Source: Terriglobia bacterium
GTDB lineage: Bacteria > Acidobacteriota > Terriglobia > 20CM-2-55-15
Assembly (NCBI GenBank): GCA_965263045.1
Contig: CBDHGK010000041.1
Location: 1,909,514 to 1,973,513 of the forward strand
Direction: 5' to 3'
Length of the DNA stretch: 64,000 nucleotides
In this document: positions 59,808 through 64,000 of the stretch, one piece after another
Layout of the letters: each line of letters begins with the position of its first letter
Position numbering within the stretch: position 1 is the first letter of the stretch
The notes under the pieces: model-generated
The model's input: the letters and a program-made list of their open reading frames with translations, nothing else
What the model was told of the DNA's origin: nothing
Database searches by the model: none
Translations under genes and position numbers: made by a program

Positions 59808-61193
59808 ATGAAGCAGCGTCGTCGGAAGGCACTATTCGGTGTCATGGCGATCGTCTGTTCAATCGGCATCTCGTTGGCCATTGCGGAAGGGGCACTTCGG
59901 CTGCTTGGCTTTGAATACAACTATGACCTGAAGATCGAGCACACCGGAGAGGAGTGGCGTGACTACCTCATGTTCGAAGAACAAATGTTCGAGCCGGACC
60001 CAATCTTGCTGTGGAGGCCCAGGAACTCAGACGACGACTATGTCCCGTTCAACAGCTATGGGTATAGAGGTCGGGAAGTCGATAGGACGAAGGGCGACGA
60101 TGAGCTGAGAGTGCTCGCTGTGGGAGATTCGAATACCTTAGGTCCGGCTGGATACTCGTGGCCGGGTTTCCTGCAGGAGGTCCTGGATTCTTCGTGTCCA
60201 AACATCGTCCCGACGGTGTTAAACGCTGGCGTCTACGGCTATTCTTCATTTCAAGGCGTGCGTCGCTTCGAAGAGGGCTTGCAGTTTGCCCCTGACGTTG
60301 TCCTGGTCTCGTTCGGATGGAATGACGCCATTACAACCACGAATTTGCCCGACAAATACTATGGCGAAAGGGCTTTGCGGTTTTCATCGATCAAACGTTT
60401 TCTGGCCCGGAAAAGCCGAATCTATCATTTGGTACGCGCCGCGTCGGACAGGTTGCTCGGTGAATCTTTACTCACGGCCGAGACGTCCGGCATTGCTCCC
60501 CGTGTCACCGAGGCAGACTATCGAAGCAACCTCACGTCGATTGTCACGGCATCGCTGGAAAGAGGAATACTGCCGATTCTCCTGACCCGTCCAAACGTCG
60601 TCAATCTGGACTCGGAGTTCGCTCCGGTGTTGGCGTGGCGGCTCAACCTGACAAATTACAATAAAATCGTTGGTGAGGTGGCGCGTCAGTTCGAGATTCC
60701 GCTAGTCGATGCATACGAGATTTTTGCCGGTCTACCCCAACAATTCCTTGACGAAAATCACCTGACGGAATCCGCTGCGGGCCACCTGGCCGGACGAGTT
60801 TATTCGGAGATCAACGCGAATTTCGATGACTGTGCGGAATACACGGCACCAGGGGAAACCAGCCGTCGGGCCGGGTCAGCTCCAGCAGCCGATGTGACGT
60901 ATGTGGATTCAGATTCAATCCGGTTGAGAATCGAGCCACTGGATGTCGTCGCTGGCCGAGATTCCTATTGGCTGTGGCTGGAAGGCATAGAGTCCGGAAA
61001 CTCTGCAGTGACGATCGAATACCGGCTGAACGGTGGCAGGGTTGAACGATTTCAGGCCGAGTTGGATGCCGACGGCCGAACCCGCTACTACGTCTCCCCT
61101 CTCACAAGGAAGGGCGTATATGAATTCGTCGCCTTTCAGCCATCGGACTATGACTCTTTCGTTCGATCTGACGTAAACCTTAGGGTCCGGTAG
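59808..61193 (+). CDS. SGNH/GDSL hydrolase-family protein with N-terminal TM and C-terminal beta domain
   Basis: LAVGDSNTLG, NAGVYGYSS, FGWND, DENHL. Confidence 0.85.
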   Translation: MKQRRRKALFGVMAIVCSIGISLAIAEGALRLLGFEYNYDLKIEHTGEEWRDYLMFEEQMFEPDPILLWRPRNSDDDYVPFNSYGYRGREVDRTKGDDELRVLAVGDSNTLGPAGYSWPGFLQEVLDSSCPNIVPTVLNAGVYGYSSFQGVRRFEEGLQFAPDVVLVSFGWNDAITTTNLPDKYYGERALRFSSIKRFLARKSRIYHLVRAASDRLLGESLLTAETSGIAPRVTEADYRSNLTSIVTASLERGILPILLTRPNVVNLDSEFAPVLAWRLNLTNYNKIVGEVARQFEIPLVDAYEIFAGLPQQFLDENHLTESAAGHLAGRVYSEINANFDDCAEYTAPGETSRRAGSAPAADVTYVDSDSIRLRIEPLDVVAGRDSYWLWLEGIESGNSAVTIEYRLNGGRVERFQAELDADGRTRYYVSPLTRKGVYEFVAFQPSDYDSFVRSDVNLRVR

Positions 61194-61417
61194 GACTTCC
61201 GAATCGCTGGACCGTTCCCGTGGCGGCGAATACCGCACACACACCTGCCTTCTCCCTGGCAGTCCGCCACGCTCGTCCCGATCCCGTTGCAACATTTCGC
61301 ACCACTGATTCCCGGTAATCCCGGGGGCGCCGGGCAATCCGTTCACACTGATCTGCCCACCGAAATGCCCGCTGGGCTTTCGGTAACTCCAGAGGAGGAA
61401 GTGCCATCAAGTGTAAC

Positions 61418-61450
61418 CCCAACAAAAAAGGCCACCTTCCGGTGACCTTT
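61418..61450 (-). terminator. Rho-independent terminator downstream of tRNA-Met
   Basis: Minus strand AAAGGTCACC-GGAA-GGTGGCCTTT followed by a T tract, 15 bp after the tRNA. Confidence 0.8.
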
Positions 61451-61465
61451 CCTGTCTGCCAAGTA

Positions 61466-61537
<72 letters not shown>

Positions 61538-61658
61538 CAACCATAGTAAGAACTCTGCTTGAGATCGTCAAGCTTCTGCACGAATCAGCGCAGACCTTGA
61601 CGTCACCAACTCATATGAATACGTGTAGCGGGAAAATAGGGAATTAGGGCTCTGACCC

Positions 61659-61961
61659 CTATTTAGGGAGGACGAGGATCACTTCGCCGGGTCGGACGAG
61701 TTTCAAGTCTTCGCGTGCGCGGCGTTCGATTTCCGTCGGTTCGGATCGGAGGTTCCGAATTTCCTGGACCAGGGCACCGTTTTCGGTCTCCAGCGTTTCG
61801 ATCTGGGTCTGAAGATCGGCCAGTTCGGATCCCTTGCGGCGGACTTCCAGCAGGCCACGGTCGCTGATGAGTGTCAGGACGAGGGTGGCCAGCGTCAAAA
61901 GCCCAAAGACCCCAAGGCCCACCCGGACCATCGCTCCATGAATTATGCTGCGGTTGTCCAT
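61659..61961 (-). CDS. ftsB: Septum formation initiator (FtsB/DivIC family)
   Basis: TM then DRGLL, coiled coil, IERRAREDLKLVRPGE. Confidence 0.8.
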   Translation of the reverse strand: MDNRSIIHGAMVRVGLGVFGLLTLATLVLTLISDRGLLEVRRKGSELADLQTQIETLETENGALVQEIRNLRSEPTEIERRAREDLKLVRPGEVILVLPK

Positions 61962-62380
61962 CGTTTTCCGTAGTCGATCAGATTAGCAGTGTTTTCCAGG
62001 CTCGCTACCCCGTCACGATATACACAGATTGGATGCAATATTTGCGTGCATCGAGTTACGATCGGACGGCTTAAGCCGAATAATCAGGCGTCGATTATAC
62101 ACTTCGCCGGGCCGGTCTAGAAGGCTTATTTGACTGCAAAATCAATGATTTCGAGCGTTCGGTCACCTTCTCTGCACGCCACAGATCGTCGGGAAATCGA
62201 TCTCCTTCCTGCCTTTGACGGTGAAACCTGTTGAATCATGGGACCCGCACTTTCTTCGCCACTGGAAGACTTCAGGCCGTTGTATGCTGCTGGAATGTGG
62301 TCGGGCGTGATGTGCATTATGCCGCCCGGTGTGCGATGGCGGACGGAGCCGGAGATCCCGGCGGTGGGTACGGGCTATTT

Positions 62381-62710
62381 ATGATTGATGCCATGATCGC
62401 GTTTGTAACTTGCGCTTCGAATGAAGAAGCGGGCCGGATCGCTGAAATACTGGTTCAGGAAAGGCTCGCGGCGTGCGTCAATGTCGGCTCGCCGGTCCGG
62501 TCCTGTTACCGGTGGGAAGGCAAAGTGAGCTGGGACAGCGAATATCTGCTCGTGATCAAGACGACTGCCGGTGCAATCGATCGGGTCCGACAGCGGGTTC
62601 TGGAAGTTCACAGTTACGATCTGCCGGAATTCATCGCCTGCAGGGTCGATGCCGGATCGACTCCGTATCTGAAATGGATCGACGATTCAGTCCGTAAAAG
62701 CGACCCGTGA
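62381..62710 (+). CDS. cutA: Divalent-cation tolerance protein CutA
   Basis: FVTC, ERLAACVN, SCYRWEGKV, LVIKT, HSYDLPE. Confidence 0.92.
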   Translation: MIDAMIAFVTCASNEEAGRIAEILVQERLAACVNVGSPVRSCYRWEGKVSWDSEYLLVIKTTAGAIDRVRQRVLEVHSYDLPEFIACRVDAGSTPYLKWIDDSVRKSDP

Positions 62711-62771
62711 TCCAACGCTGAAGTCCGTCCCGTCGGGCGGCACCCAGTCTTACTCTTTCTTTATTCGTCCT

Positions 62772-63911
62772 TTATTCGTCGAAGGCGTTGTCGAGATCCG
62801 CGATCAGGTCTTCGATGTCTTCTATTCCCACCGAAATTCGGACCAGCCCGGACGTGATCCCCAGCCGTTCGCGGTCCTCTTCCGGCAATGATGCGTGTGT
62901 CATCGTTGCGGGATGAGAGATCAGGGTTTCGACGCCACCCAGGCTCTCGCCCAGGGAACAGAGGCGGACGCGCCCGAGAAAACGGGATGCCGCTTCCAGC
63001 GAGCCGAGGTCAAACGCGATCATCGCGCCAAAGCCCGACATCTGCCGTTTTGCCAAGTGGTGCTGCCCGTGGTCGGGAAGACCCGGATAGTACACCTTGT
63101 GCGCCTGAGGTTTCGACTTCAGGTATTGTGCGATCGTCAGCCCGTTCGAGTTGTGGGCTTCCATGCGCACCGGGAGTGTCTTGATACCGCGTAGCACCAG
63201 CCAGGAATCGAATGGTGACAGAATGGCTCCGGCCGCGTTCTGGATGAAGTGGAGCCGCTCCCCATCTTTTTCATCCTTCAGGATGACCACACCGCCGATG
63301 CTGTCGCTGTGTCCATTCAGGAACTTCGTCGTACTGTGGATGACGATATCGGCGCCCAGCGCAATCGGCCGCTGCAGGTAGGGGCTCATAAATGTGTTGT
63401 CCACCACGAGACGGCAGCCCGCATCCCGGGTCGCACTGGCAACGCCGGCGATGTCCGTAATAGACATCAGCGGGTTGGTCGGAGTCTCTACGAAGACCAT
63501 TTTGGTGTTGGGTCGGATCGCTGCGCGAACGTTGTCGACGCTTGATGTATCGACCCAACTGAACTCGACCCCGTAGTGGCTGACGATGTTGTCGAACAGC
63601 CGGATTGTCCCGCCGTAGACGTTCTCGGTACACACCGCATGGTCACCCTGCTTGAGGAGGAGTTGCGTAATCGCGGTTTCGGCGGCCATCCCCGAGGCGA
63701 AAGCGCAGGCCGATATGCCGCCCTCGAGCGCCGTCATATTCTGTTCGAGGGCGATGCGAGTGGGGTTTTCGGTTCGTCCGTATTCGTAGCCCTTGTGTTT
63801 CCCCAGACCCTCCTGAACGTAGGTCGAAGTCTGGTAAATTGGAACCGTCACCGCCCCTGTGGATGGATCGGGTTCTTGACCGGCGTGAATGGCGTCGGTT
63901 CTGAATCCCAT
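62772..63911 (-). CDS. PLP-dependent trans-sulfuration enzyme (cystathionine gamma-synthase/lyase)
   Basis: PIYQTSTY, YGRTENPTR, ETPTNP, VDNTF, HSTTKFLNGHSD, ESLGGVETL..HPATMTH. Confidence 0.92.
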   Translation of the reverse strand: MGFRTDAIHAGQEPDPSTGAVTVPIYQTSTYVQEGLGKHKGYEYGRTENPTRIALEQNMTALEGGISACAFASGMAAETAITQLLLKQGDHAVCTENVYGGTIRLFDNIVSHYGVEFSWVDTSSVDNVRAAIRPNTKMVFVETPTNPLMSITDIAGVASATRDAGCRLVVDNTFMSPYLQRPIALGADIVIHSTTKFLNGHSDSIGGVVILKDEKDGERLHFIQNAAGAILSPFDSWLVLRGIKTLPVRMEAHNSNGLTIAQYLKSKPQAHKVYYPGLPDHGQHHLAKRQMSGFGAMIAFDLGSLEAASRFLGRVRLCSLGESLGGVETLISHPATMTHASLPEEDRERLGITSGLVRISVGIEDIEDLIADLDNAFDE

Positions 63912-64000
63912 GGATATAACCTTTCGATGGAGTAACCGAATTCAGGACAAGAAGGCCCCAGATTACACGGAATTGGCGGATTAGGAAAAACCTATATCGA

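Noticed and set aside
41200-61465. Prophage or integrative element at tRNA-Met
   Set aside because: No integrase, phage or conjugation genes and no duplicated tRNA 3' end were found; only the terminator duplication, reported separately.
63957-63982. Short degenerate 9-bp periodic repeat (CAGATTACACGGAATTGGCGGATT)
   Set aside because: Too short, and at the window edge; cannot be evaluated.

Overview
GC-rich bacterial chromosome segment, most likely from an Acidobacteria-like organism (inferred from gene content, not tested). It contains: (1) the tail of a four-gene uncharacterised membrane-protein operon and an adenylate/guanylate cyclase with a long coiled-coil tail; (2) three loci of a recurring, functionally undescribed exported module: five paralogous secreted proteins with DFSGxW...GxWxGDTLVV...EDP motifs, three DUF6152-like proteins, two DUF6644-like membrane proteins and a degenerate metallo-beta-lactamase-fold protein; (3) five intact IS elements (3x IS256, 1x IS1380, 1x IS630), all with target duplications, four of them splitting genes that can be rejoined in frame; (4) a hidden UGA-containing (UxxC) peroxiredoxin-like selenoprotein gene broken by IS630; (5) a 139-bp tandem hairpin repeat array; (6) a roughly 20-kb cell-envelope/glycolipid tailoring cluster (ACP, acyl-AMP ligase, methyltransferase, LpxL-like acyltransferase, radical SAM, glycosyltransferases, sulfotransferases, ABC exporter, SGNH) ending at an initiator tRNA-Met; (7) ordinary genes (lemA/TPM, panB, DinB, MutS-like, ftsB, cutA, a trans-sulfuration enzyme). 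No CRISPR array, rRNA or prophage was seen. Family names come from recalled motifs, not from database searches.
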